From Nemertoderma westbladi (Eukaryota; Animalia; Xenacoelomorpha), in the NCBI GenBank assembly GCA_032718475.1, contig JAUCBJ010008012.1, forward strand, positions 1-48,905: DNA of 48,905 bases, written 5' to 3'. Shown piece after piece: positions 35,946 to 48,312 of this stretch. Position numbers and translations under genes: made by a program. The notes under the pieces were generated by a model that was not told the DNA's origin, ran no database searches, and saw only the letters and a list, made by a program, of their open reading frames with translations. Positions within the stretch are counted from its first letter, which is position 1. Every line of letters starts with the position of its first letter.

Positions 35946-37737
35946 TTATATAGTAACAACATCAGCAGGATCTACAGTGCATGGAATAACCGGTGATCCT
36001 TTAACTTCATCAGAAGCACCATTAGCTACATCTACATCACTGAAATGTTTCATTTCAACAGCACCTTGAGAGCCATCAACTACTGCAATGACTTCCTTCC
36101 TGTGAGTTTTCCTTCTTTTTATATAGATTACCAGAAAGATAATACAAGCTACAGCAATAACCGCAGACAAAACTATTGAAGAAATTTCCGATGCATATGT
36201 AAGATGGTTGTATTTTACGAGGGCCATGGTGGAGCTATCTTCATTTATAGTGGTATGTTCTGTAAGAATATCATTTGGAGGTTTTCTAACATTATTGTCT
36301 CTTAATCTAACCGCTATTCTCTTACTTGTAGACACGACACCTGTAAAAGCTTCTGTGTGATGTAACTGGCCCTTCGCCCCGCAACCCAGTTTTTCCCCCA
36401 TACGCTAAAATACTCTGAAACCTACTGTAAAGGTTTTTCTGGGATATGACTGATTTGTTTTCTTTGCTAACCAGTTCCCCCCTCCAAGGCACAGTAGGCT
36501 TGACCGCAAATAAATTTAAGCCCACGAATCCAGTCTCCCGGTGTTATAAACGGGTCATTTGGACGCGCATGGACTGGCTTCGGCTAATGTTTTTGGTTTG
36601 TTTTGTATTAAATCTTATCATCTTACAAAAGGCAGATTATCAATAAAGACATATAAATTTCGGCAGGTTAAACTGCTGAAGGTCTATAAAAGCGCGTACA
36701 ACACCATGGTTACTCAAACTGCTGCTAACTTCATACCAATATGTTTCACTTCTACCGCTTTCAACAATGACAGTTAGTTTCGATTGGCGACCAACTTCAA
36801 GGGATTCTCCATTAACAGTTGTGTTGCTCAACCAGGTGATGTTATTGTCAGGCCAACCCGCATTGAATTTGGCTTCTAACACAATAGTATCGAGATCAAC
36901 TTCTAGAAGACCCTTAATTTCTTCTCCTGTGTCTTCTGTAATTATTCTAAGTTTGTTTGCTGGGTAACTTATTTCCAAGGTAACATCACATGTTTTAATT
37001 CCATTAGACGCAATATTCCTAGCCTTGCATGTAAAAGTTTGATGATCGAATGAATGTGGCTCACTAATTAATTTTGGCAAATTAAATGATATTATTTGAA
37101 CTGAATTGTGGGATTCATGCTGTATATCCTGTGTAATTTGATTTGTTCGATTGAACCAATTAAACATTCCGTTGTTAGGGTAACCAGTTTCGGTTGGAAA
37201 GGGAACCCAATATTTTGCTCTGCATTGAATTACGTCACTAAAGTTCCGGTTGACAACGATATTGCATTGTGAATGGAAGGTGTGTGTGTTACCATTGCAT
37301 CCGCATTCTAGAACAGAAGACCTCGTATCGCACTGGGGAATACGAATTTCTGAAACTTCAGTCCACCATTCCCAATAACAACTGTAAGAAAAGTCACCGC
37401 TGTATTCGTATTGGTTTATTAGTTGGTTAACAGTAAATGTAGCTGTGTGCTCTGCTCTGTTTATTACAACAGACCCTCTATCATACACGTTGTTATTGGT
37501 AGTAAAGTCTAAACTTACAACATCAAAGTGCCTTAGTATTGTTTTCCAACCGTTAGCATATATAAGGAGGGCTATATCTACATCATTATTCAACTTTATT
37601 TCACTGTACGAACAAGATAACTGAAGTTTATCTCCTCTAAGTAAACAGTTTCTATCATCTGGTTGCACCATCTTCAAGCATAAAACTGTTGAGCTAATAT
37701 GAATAAGTCCCAAAGCTATGTATAATAATATTGGCAT
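35946..37737 (-). CDS. Ig-superfamily type I membrane protein, copy B: join(37737..36705,36340..35946) = 475 aa if the insertion is spliced; unspliced ORF 36640-37737 = 365 aa with no TM
   Basis: Signal peptide MPILLYIALGLIHISSTVLC; about three Ig-like domains; TM followed by KRRK; tail of about 57 aa. No lesion other than the insertion. Confidence 0.75.
36342..36700 (-). mobile_element. 359-bp TGT...ACA solo-LTR-like insertion with 5-bp TSD
   Basis: TSD ACACC at 36337-36341 and 36701-36705; copy A has the empty site; homologous to both ends of 22751-23954. Confidence 0.88.
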
Positions 37738-38261
37738 AATTAATTATTGAATTAACAATCAATTTGGATTTACATTCGTTTGTTATTGAGAAAACATATC
37801 CATGATTATTAATAATTCAGCAAAAATTAAAGAATTTAAATTAAAGAGAAATCGTATACCGATATAACGTATACCGATACTTCACATATATATCGGAATA
37901 GAAAGGCAACTTTGTGATGAACAAAACATTTCAAGGCCTAAAATACGCACTAAATTAATTAGTCTATGTACATTATGCAGTTCTTCTGAGTGACATAAAG
38001 CATATACAGTATATTTTTTAATAATTACTGATAGGCTATTACCAATTTTAGGAGCAGTCAATCACACTTATCGTACTTTTAATATTGGTCAAATAATTAA
38101 ACAATCCTTTATGAAAACCCTTTTCTTTATATAATATCGTTTCATTGCGTGCCAAAGGGCAAACTCCCAAAGTAGGTGATTTACAAGAGTTGATTGTTTT
38201 CTGAAATTGGCAATAGGTTGTAGGGGACGACTAAATTATTTAAGTAGGCCTACTGTAATAT

Positions 38262-38535
38262 GCCATCAAAAAGTGTCTCAAAAACACAATTGGGTGCTCA
38301 CTGTGCCTGTTCTCTCCATGAGGCCGCCAAATCAGAAGATTGTGCACTGGATTGTCCTCACCGTAATGTCCTGCAAAGGCACAGGCGGCTGTGTTCAAAT
38401 TTCAACCTTGGGGAGACCACTGAGACTCCTCCAGAGATGCTGATTTGGGTCTGCTTGGAGTAGTGTCGTGCATTGTACAGTCCCAATAAACCCGGTGTAG
38501 CGTTCTTGTCAATGTGCTATCAAGGGATTTGGTGA
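38262..38535 (-). mobile_element. Highly diverged RTE-family fragment
   Basis: Reverse complement aligns with 5915-6290 (e.g. GTGAGGACAATCCAGTGCACAATCTT, GCCTCATGGAG). Confidence 0.7.
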
Positions 38536-38859
38536 AATTATTATAAGCCTTCGCTGATGGTTCGCAGTTTTGACTCGCCCCCCAGCCAAAATTTAGCTAT
38601 TTATTAGGGTGTAGTTAGTTGTTAGTTATTAGTGCTACCTAATTTTAAACTGTATGAAAGTAGGCCTATGAAAGTCAGTTGCATATTTCTTATTATTTTT
38701 GTTTCAGTATTCTTATACAATTATTTTGCTGTAATGGATGATGGCCATCTCTTATGCGTTTGCTCTTTGACGTGAGAAGGCCTACCGCGCATCTGCTGCT
38801 GGAAAACATGGTTGGCTTCCCTAATTTGTTTAAACAAAACTCAAAATTCAACACTAATT

Positions 38860-39375
38860 TTGTGCGCAATGTTTCTAACATAATTCTTCAAAGGAGCATC
38901 GTAACTACTGTAGTAACCAACACGCTCTATTAATGGCTTCTATAGTTCGGCCACTTGTAGAATATTGTACGCCTGTCTGGTCTCCACATACAAAACGTAG
39001 CATAGACACGATTGAGAGTGTTCAACGTTATTTAACTCGTTGTCTATTTATGCGTTTTAAGTTAACCTACTCATATGCTATATGGACCGCCTCGAACAGC
39101 TTTCCCTACAACCTTTAGAAGTGCGTCGAATAATATTTGACCTAAAAATGGTTTACAAAATCACTCACGGTTTAGTCGATCTCCCCGAGCTGGTCTTCGT
39201 GGCAACAGTAGGAAACTTTACGTACATAGGTGTCGTTTAGATATCAGTAAACATTCTTCCTCATCTCGTGCAGTCAAATTATGGAACGATCTCGTTTCTT
39301 CTGTAGTTGATTCTTGTAACCTGAATAAATTTTCACGCAAGTTACTGGCGATCGACTTTTTGAAGCACTGTAATT
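38860..39375 (+). mobile_element. CR1-clade LINE 3' end, degenerate
   Basis: SIVRPLVEYCTPVWSPHTKRSIDTIESVQR; DRLEQLSLQPLEVRRIIFDLKMVYKI.HG; SRAVKLWNDL..SVV. Confidence 0.85.
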
Positions 39376-40441
39376 TTAAACGCTCCCCCGGCAATCCATT
39401 ATTTTTAGCACAAAAGTGACAAAAACATTTTATTTTTGTCCTTTTATTTAGTTTTTCTTATCCTTTCCCATTTTTTTAAGTATAAACCGTGTACCATATG
39501 TGTTTTTATTAGAAATAGTAATATTATCGCAATATGTAAAGTGTTCTTATACTGTATGTTCTTCGTGTCCAATGTTATCGTATTCAAACTTCCGTAAGTG
39601 CCTTAAGCCTGGGCAGTTTCTCTCCATCGACCTTTTAGTTTTTAGATTTTAGTTTATTCATAAAGCAAACATCTGATGTTCTGTAGAAGTTTCAAATCCC
39701 TACTGCAAGCTGCTCCAGCTGCATGCTCTGCTCATAATTGATTGCATATTAAGACAAATTTATCATACAGACTAACCCACATACTAAACTAAATCTAAAT
39801 AACATATATGGGTCAATGCCAACCATATTGACCAAGTTACGTATGGGACAAAAAATATACTAATATGTCATTCAGGAATGAATGGTCGGTCTTTGATACT
39901 TTGATTGCCAGATACACTATAATCGGTCCCCCCCCCCACCCCCCCCCCCCCCCCCCCCTGCTGTGATACACTGAAAGCACAGTTTGTTATAGAAAAAGCT
40001 ACAAATTTTCAATTTTTATGATTGTGATTACGGGCTCATTTTGGCCATTAAAATTACAATTCAGGTGCCAAACGATTAATATCCCTGCTGAGTATACTTT
40101 CTGTGAACAAATAAACGTAGCTTCGTAGTAAATTTGAGATATTAGAAATACAAAAAAAAATAACGTGGTCCGATTTTTTTGTCACATACGTGACACTCGG
40201 TAAACGATTAATTTAATAGCATATAATTTGTAAAATGTAAGCCTTTAACCCGATGTGTTAGCACTCCCACTTATATTCTTCCATGTGTTTTCCACGTTTG
40301 AGATACAATGATTAGTTAGTTATTAATTACTCTATAAACAAATTATTTAATTCACTACTGTAAAAATCAATAACAAAATAAGAAAGTTAGTCTGTTTCAT
40401 TGTGGAGGGGGGGGGGGGGGGGGGGGGGTGGTGGGGGGGTA

Positions 40442-40785
40442 TTAGGGACCATGGACCACCTCGTAGAGTCCCTCGTTGTTAGTGAGTGAGCGGTCCACGG
40501 TCTCCATAATGGACGCCGCATTGCCGACCAGGATGGCGATTGCCAGCCTTTGCAGGAGGAAGCGGTGAGATCGGGGCGCCTGGGTAACGGAGTGGAGTCT
40601 TGCCCCAATCTCCTTCAGGAACTCGGATGTTTTTGGGCCGGGGTGGCCCAAGGTCTCGTAGGCTACCTGGTGGAAGAGGTAGCCCCGGTCCATGAGTTCC
40701 TGGTACTTGCGGATCTTTAGAGTTTCCGCTTCCTCTGCAGTGCGGCCTCCGGCGGATAGCGTCTGGGCGAGGTGGGTGGTCCGGT
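40442..40785 (-). mobile_element. CRE-clade non-LTR retrotransposon C-terminus (restriction-like endonuclease region), 5'-truncated
   Basis: AEEAETLKIRKY.EL...YLF..VAYETLG..GP....FL.EIG.RL......R...FL.QRLAIAI..GNAASI; GC-rich relative to its flanks. Confidence 0.8.
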
Positions 40786-41287
40786 CAAGTATTCTAGGTC
40801 ATTGATCAAGAAAATTTGCCACCTCCATGCAGCATAAAGGAGGTGCCACCTGTAGCTGCATAGACCCTCTTACTAGGGCAAATCTGGTCCTGTAACTAGG
40901 ACCCCCTTCGTTCTGGGATAAGGACGCCCTTGGTCCTGGATTAAGGACCCATATACTTGGCTGCAGGGGTATATGGTATTGTCAGATTGTATTTCATTAT
41001 TTATTAAGTACTTGGTTGAGATTTATATCCTACTACCTAAATGATTTTCTGCGATACAATAATATAATACTGTATAAAGAATGCATCTGTACTGTAGACT
41101 GTAGAGTGAGAGGTGTACTCGTACAGTCAGTGCTGTTCAACTGTAGTTGAAAGTTCAACTAGTTAAGTTGTTATTTGATGTTATTTAGTTAAAGTTGACT
41201 AAAAGTTTTAAATTTTAAAACATTTAACATTTAACAATAAAACAATAATTACCAAATTATACAATTATAATTAAAACAATAAAACAT

Positions 41288-41470
41288 TTACTATTTCTTG
41301 TTTTCATTTACGATCTACTAGACTACCATCTGTTAAATACCATAACAGTGAAACTTTTTGGTGACGATGTGAAACTGCATTCCAGTACAACCGCGGATAG
41401 TGATCCTCGCCCAAGCACTCAGCAAGCTGGAGGCATGGCAGCATGGGCGAGCGAATGGCAGCTCTCTAAC
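41288..41470 (+). mobile_element. CR1-type RT remnant
   Basis: LLFLVFIYDL...VKLFGDDVKLH (decayed FADD motif), LAQALSKLEAW..., ASEWQL. Confidence 0.6.
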
Positions 41471-42501
41471 TACCTACCTACCTAACTATCTACCTTCCCT
41501 AACTGCATGGCTCACAATACTGCTATACACAATACAGGTCAGCCCCCAGCCGGTACCAATACCTGAATACTGCAATACAGCAATACCAGAATACAGCAAT
41601 ATTTATCTGATTTCAGGCTTGTTCTGCTAGTTACCAGAGTACCGGTAGTCTGGTAGTCTGCTGCTCTGTCAGTCCACAGCCTGTTTTTAATTGTTTGAAA
41701 TTTTAATATGCATATGTCTGGCTGTACTGTCTGACTGTACTAAAACTACTGAACTACAGTCTGACAGTACTAACAGACTAAGGCCTACTATCGGACTGTC
41801 TGACTATTAAATTTTACAAATTTTTATTCAATGTTATTCAGTTATTGGCCTAATAATAATAATATATTTATATCGCGCCTATAGGGCCTACGCATTGTTC
41901 TAGACGTTCTAGGCCTAGCGGTACTCTGGTACTGCAGTACTGGTCTGCTGGCAGCTGGCTGGCTGGTACAACTTTACTACATACCGGTCAGCCGGTACTA
42001 GCTCTGAAACGCTTAGGCCTATAAAATTTTTTAAGAAAATTCGAAAATTCTTCTGGCTTCCCTCGCTCCATGTAGACACTGGACATCGACTGATCGACGG
42101 TGAGTTGAACTAGCCTAATACAGTAATAGGCTGATAGGCCTACTGTAATATTATTCAGTTATTGATAAAGATTTGTAGAAAACTGCATTCAGTTTCAGGC
42201 ATAGATTAGGCTGTTCGGATGTTCAGCTGTTAGCAGGTTAGGTAGTGAAATTACCGTCAGACTATACCCAGACTGCCAGCTGGCCAGAACCCAGACAGCC
42301 AGATACCTGCATACTGGCATACTCAGATACTGGCTGACTGGCATACACCTGTACACTGCTGCACTGACAGACTGCTGGACTGATAGACCAGTCAGCCAGT
42401 ATGACTACAACCCAATCTGCCAACAGGCTGACAGGCAGCCGTACCAAGTGCCAAGCTGTCCACTGTCTGACTGTCAAGGCCAAGGGTTCTGGACTGGGAC
42501 G

Positions 42502-43290
42502 GGTGCTTAGATCGTGGTTTTTCCAGTTAACATTATTCCATTTTGCTGTTTTGTCTGTTTGTATAAAACACGTGATGTGGTCTGGTGGTTGGAGATGGAG
42601 AAACCTGCTAGGGGAAGCAACTAAGCAGCAACCAATCTGCAATCACGTTAATCCTGTTTAACACACTGACACAGAGTTAATCAGTTAATGAGTCAATGGA
42701 ATATTGCTAACTTCAAAAAGTTCAGGTTACCATTATTCCAAAGTAATCGTACAGTAATTAAGCTGCTAGTGTTTGTCAGTTTACAGTTAGTACTGTAGTA
42801 ATCGAGTAAGAGTAAGCCATATAATATTATATAGTACAATACCAGGCTGCCAGGCATAACAAATGCAAGAAAAATAAAAAATACTGTATTATAAGTGGAT
42901 TATAGGATTAGTTTAATCACAATGACAGAATGATGTACTGTAAATGAAATATTTATAGTTAAGTCTGGTTCAGTGGTTTGTCTGGTAAGTCTGACGCCTG
43001 ACTGCTTTCCTTTCGGTATAACTTGTATAATGAAACAGACAAGGCTGCAAACTGGCAAAGGGTGAAGGGAGTGTGATAATAATGAATACAGATCGAGATC
43101 CTGAGATGTGGAATAATGGTAACCTGAACTTTTTTATGTTAGCAATATTCCATTCCCATTGACTCTGTCAGTCTGTGTTAAACAGGATTAACGTGATTGG
43201 TTGCTGTTTAGCAGTAGTTTTCTCCAACCACATTACTTGTTTTATACAAAATGGAATAATGTTAACTGGAAAAGCCACGATCTAAGCACC
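42502..43290. mobile_element. Old foldback MITE with GG...CC termini
   Basis: GGTGCTTAGATCGTGG.TTTTCCAGTTAACATTATTCCATTTTG mirrored at 43247-43290; arms 42502-42740 and 43108-43290; TSD decayed. Confidence 0.8.
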
Positions 43291-43978
43291 AGTGGGTACT
43301 GGGGTAGGTACCGTTACTTGGTTACCGGTACTGTTCTCAATGCTGTTCAAGTCAACTATTGCTGTATTGGTATCTGGTCAACTATCAGGTTAAGCAAGCC
43401 ACCCATTTGGGTAATATATTTCATGTCTTTATTTCGTGCCTTTGTGTAGAGAATTAGTTGATTATTTATAACAATGGATTTCTAAATATTCCCGGTTTCA
43501 GTTCGGTTGAACTTAATGATATTTTGGTAAATATTTGTTCGCGTTAGACATTCGTGTTAATTAACTTAACTGTTTATCATTAACTATCTGTTGTAAATTT
43601 ATTTTGTTCTTATAGGTCCTTATTACGATTTGTGCTGTAATTATTCTTATGTATTGTGTACTATGCTGTTTAGTTGATTTATTTTTCTTTTTGTTCTGTT
43701 ATCACATATGTAGTCTGTACCCGGCTTGCCGGTGTATGATAATAACAATAATAATAATTTGAGAGTGGTTAAACTTGAGGGAAACTATTTCAGTTGTTAA
43801 AGTTGTCATTTCTGCATTTGATGTTATTTAGTTTAGACCTAGTTAAAGTCTGAAAGTGGTTATATTTAACTTGTCACAGTGATTTTAGTTAGTTGACAGA
43901 GTTTTTTTAAACAAAAATAGTTGACTTTCAACATAAATCTAACTAAATTCCGCAAGCTGAAAGCAGGATCCCTCTGAG

Positions 43979-44250
43979 GGCACTTGTGTCAAATAGGGGA
44001 CCCTCCTACTGTCCGAACAGCCGACAGCCTAATCTGCTAATCCTGAAATCACCTAAACTGAAGTCACTAGTGCCTGGCAGCCTCGTTAAGTCGTTAGTAA
44101 AGGCTGAAAGGAGCATGTTGCAGAGGCGCGTTGAGAGGAACCAAAACAATAAACGAGAGTTAGGAATATTGTTATCACCTGCTAAATTTCAGGATTAGCA
44201 GGTGAATCAGTATTAGCAGATTAGGAGGGTCCTCATTTGACACAAGTGCC
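43979..44250. mobile_element. Merlin-like MITE, 272 bp
   Basis: TIRs of about 28 bp GGCACTTGTGTCAAAT..GGACCCTCCT; perfect 8-bp TSD CCTCTGAG at 43971-43978 and 44251-44258; GG...CC ends. Confidence 0.85.
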
Positions 44251-47200
44251 CCTCTGAGCTAGTGGACGTGACATAACAAGCTTCAAATTTAGTAATTCAA
44301 TTCCATTCACAGTACAAGTATATAATACCGGTAACACCCACCCATTGTTAAACAAAAAGCCATACTCAATAGGCCTATAGTTTGTGAAGTGTTGCGAAAC
44401 GGCAATATCAACCGTTGTTATGATACCGGTACCTGAAGTATTCAAAATGTTGGTGTTTAGCTAAGTTTTAGTTGATTTTAAATTATTACTTAACTAAAAC
44501 ACCTCAAAATTAGTTGAAATAATTAGGTAATTTGTCATTTATATTTATTTATTTGGGTTTAGTTCTACGGTTTCCTTTTGTATAGGCCAATATATTGCGG
44601 ATTCTAAATAGTTACCGATAACTTAATTGTTGACTACAGTTATGTTCCACCTCGCCGGTGGCGGTGGGACTTTACCGACAGATGATGCGTATAACATAGG
44701 GAGCCGCAGCTATTTAGTTGATGAATTGTCAGGTTAGTGGAAAATCAAGTTATAGCCTAGGTAAGTTGTAATGGTGTGGGTCACGTGTAATAGTGTGAAG
44801 CATTACCATACCGTTACCATTACATGTAGTGATCGCGTGAAACACTAAACACATTAGGCAAACAGACGGTTCCTTTCTCTTGGCTGTTACCTGTAAGGGA
44901 GGAGTGAAAGTGAGCTGCTAAACTAGGTTTGTTTACTCTCACTGTACAACCAAAAGCAATATCCTATGAGCGGGTAATCATGGGGGGGGCGGGGTCGTTT
45001 ATATTATATTATTCAGAATTGAAATTAATAACAACACACTTAAATTGATTAATCAAATACAATGTCTTATATATTTGAAGTCAATAAAGTGTTAATAAAA
45101 TGTGTCTTAATGGACCATTACCAACAGCTCTTTCCAAAATTAGGAATTTTTGACATTTTGGCTATTTTCAATATTTTCATCTAAAATATGAAAAATTAAA
45201 AAAATTATACCAGGGAATGGCAGAGTCCGAAAATGCACTAAATATTATGTAATATTATTATATAATATTTATGCTAACAAGAACCCTCAGTATTTATACC
45301 ACATGAATATCACGCTGATATTCGCATGCAACTCTGAATTAAAACAACCTTTTAGTTTGTCTATTTTGACTTTTTCATCACTAAATTCCCTACTACTTAT
45401 TTTATTTTTTACTCAATTTTCCCAGACATATACCAAAATGTTGAGCAGCTTTAGGGCTACAATCGTGATTATTGGTTTTGTAAAACATGGCCATTTGGAT
45501 CTTCTAGACCCGATTTTGTAACTGCTACCCTTTGTCTATCACAAAATGTTTGATTCCCAACATATAGCCCGAACATACTAAAACCCCCATCCATACACAT
45601 TAATATATTGTTCAAAAACAATAATTTTATACCGAATTTTTTTTATAGAAAATAGCCTACACGCCGGTATGCCATTGTGTCAAACTCTTAGAAGGAGAAC
45701 TTTAACCCAGGTGGTATTACTGATCCTTAAATATTTTACATATAAAAACCTGAAAATGTATATCCGGTACAAATGTCGAAAACAACCGACCTGCACAAAT
45801 AAAGTGCCATATTTTTCGAACAAACGGGTTTACGAATCAAACGATACGATGCATCTTGCATCTCTAGTGTGCGGCGGGCCTTAGGGGTGGGCGTATTGAT
45901 AGGGCCGGCATTTGTTAGGTTTATCGTAAAATAATATTTTCAGGTGCTTCCATTAAACATGTCATAAAAGACAAAATTGAATTATCAGCCATAAATGCAT
46001 TTTAGAGTTGTTTAGAAACTCTTAAATTGTTCTAGAATATAGATAATTTTATACTGCTGAATTGAAGTGTTACATTATAGCGAATCATAAGTTACAACGG
46101 CCACTCATACAATAGGCCCATCATGGCTTGGTAGGCCTAATATTAAATGCTTCACCACATTTTAACTGCCTGTTAACGTTGTAGGCCTACTGCTAAATAT
46201 CCCTTATTACCCGTGCACACACCTTAAATCCACTTGATAGTGTGTGGTGTGCAGAAAGGATATTAATTCAAATAGGATTCATAATATTATAGTGGAGGGG
46301 CCTAGTGGATTTTTTACATAATACATTTTCTTGTCCTTTTAAATCACTTATTATGTCCGTTTATTTTAACTTTTTGTCAGTTTTTTTTAGTAATTTTCTC
46401 GATTTAGGTTCTCCGGCACTACTGCTTTTCTTCTTACCTACCAGTATCAGTACCGGTATGAATAAAGAGCGGTATAATATATAAGAGTAAATGTAAAGTT
46501 TAAACCCAAGAAAGAAGCTATCCAATATATCCATACTTAGTTTTCATAGTAATCCAAGTTTCAGAATATTATAGCTTTATAATAGATTTGGGGTAATGGT
46601 CCCGTTAAATTTGTCTCCCATTCCATTTAGATCGTGAAAATAATTTGTACCCCCCCCCCCCCCCCCCCCGCTCCACTTCGAAATATAGTTTATACAATAA
46701 AAATATACATACCAGTACTAATCTATAAATTGCACGATATTTCGACCTTTGTTAATAGCGCGAAGCCATCTCATACATGTTATTCTTCATATCCACACAA
46801 CATATTGCATAATCTTCTATTGATTGTTTGTTCATCTCCCCCCCTGTCCCCATGGTAACCCACTCCCATCCCATTTCATCGCTCTTGTTTTAATCCTGAA
46901 TTATTGCTTTTTATCTGGCTAATAACTTAGATGATATATTAGTAACCTAACAGAACAAAATATCACGGCGTATCTGGCCGAAATATTACAAATCTCAAGC
47001 CAGATAAATGACGAAAATGTCTCGTACTGGGACTGGGCAAAATATTGGTATTCTTTCATTTTGAGTCGGGGGGGGGGGGGGGGGGATTAGACCCACATCC
47101 CATCTCGGCGAATTAATATTTCGTCTCAATATTAAATAGGGAATTAAGGGAAAGGAGCAGGTTACAGTGGCACGTTATTCAAACAAAAATAATAAACAAA

Positions 47201-48312
47201 CGCAAAAAATACAATTACTCTAGAGGAGAAGCGAACTTTAGACCCTATTTATTTTAGATTTAATTATCGACGCCATTATTGCTAATAATCAACGTAGCGT
47301 CACGTACTGGGCACTTTTTCACTCAACTTAAACTGTATTTTTTTTTTGTTGAAGTTGCTTATTTTAATAACACTGAACTTCAAGCTTAAATATCTATGCC
47401 TATATACCTATTAGCACCTCATGAAACCCAGTTATCTCTCATAAAGATTAATATCGTTGTGAAAATTTTTCATTTATGTCCTGTAAGTGACAATTGTATT
47501 TTATTTTCCTAATATTCGCGGTGTTGATAAACATCTCCATTGACGAGAATGAGTCAAAAAAATGGGGCAAAGGATAACTCTTGAATTGTAAAGTTGAATA
47601 AAACAGCATGGCACGAACTTTTAGAGATAGAGTGATTTTCGTGGAGACAACCGTCAGTCACGTATTGGATTGAGTAAAGATATGGCATTCATTCATATTA
47701 TAATAATCTATGTAGATCCAGTTGTAGCAGATTATGATTCTAGTATTATCAGGTAGAAAAGTAGAACAATTCTAGTAGAACAGAATTTATATATTTTAGT
47801 GGCTACGATTCGTTTCACGAGTAGGCCTACACCTACTCGAGTTTTCTATAAAGCGCTACTTTATTAAACGTGATATAATACTTTCTTAATATTATTTTTT
47901 TCTGCGAGCCACTCCACAGAAAATGTTTCATTCTACAATACAAACTGAACATAATAATGTAGCAAATAAAATTGACATTTCCAACTCAATCCCTAGTATT
48001 ATTGTTTTCTAATTTTAATTTATATTTTTATTCTGAATATTATTTTATTGTACATTAAAGTCTGTGTTACTTCTTGGCTCGGCCCACAATATATTTAATT
48101 TAGGATGTCATCTGGACAGCTCAATCAATAACTTCAACTAGGTTTAGTTTTAGTCTATCTCATACGCTCTTCTGATTGGACGAGATGAACATTATTTAGA
48201 CCCAGACTCCCCAGCTACAGAGTATCTCTATCAAGACTCCCTACGCCTACATTAGGCTTGCACTAAACCTTATTTTATATCTTATCCAATATTCCCCACA
48301 CCAACCACTTAC

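Noticed and set aside
46710-46820. Minus-strand exon with AG/GTATGT boundaries
   Set aside because: All three frames contain stops.
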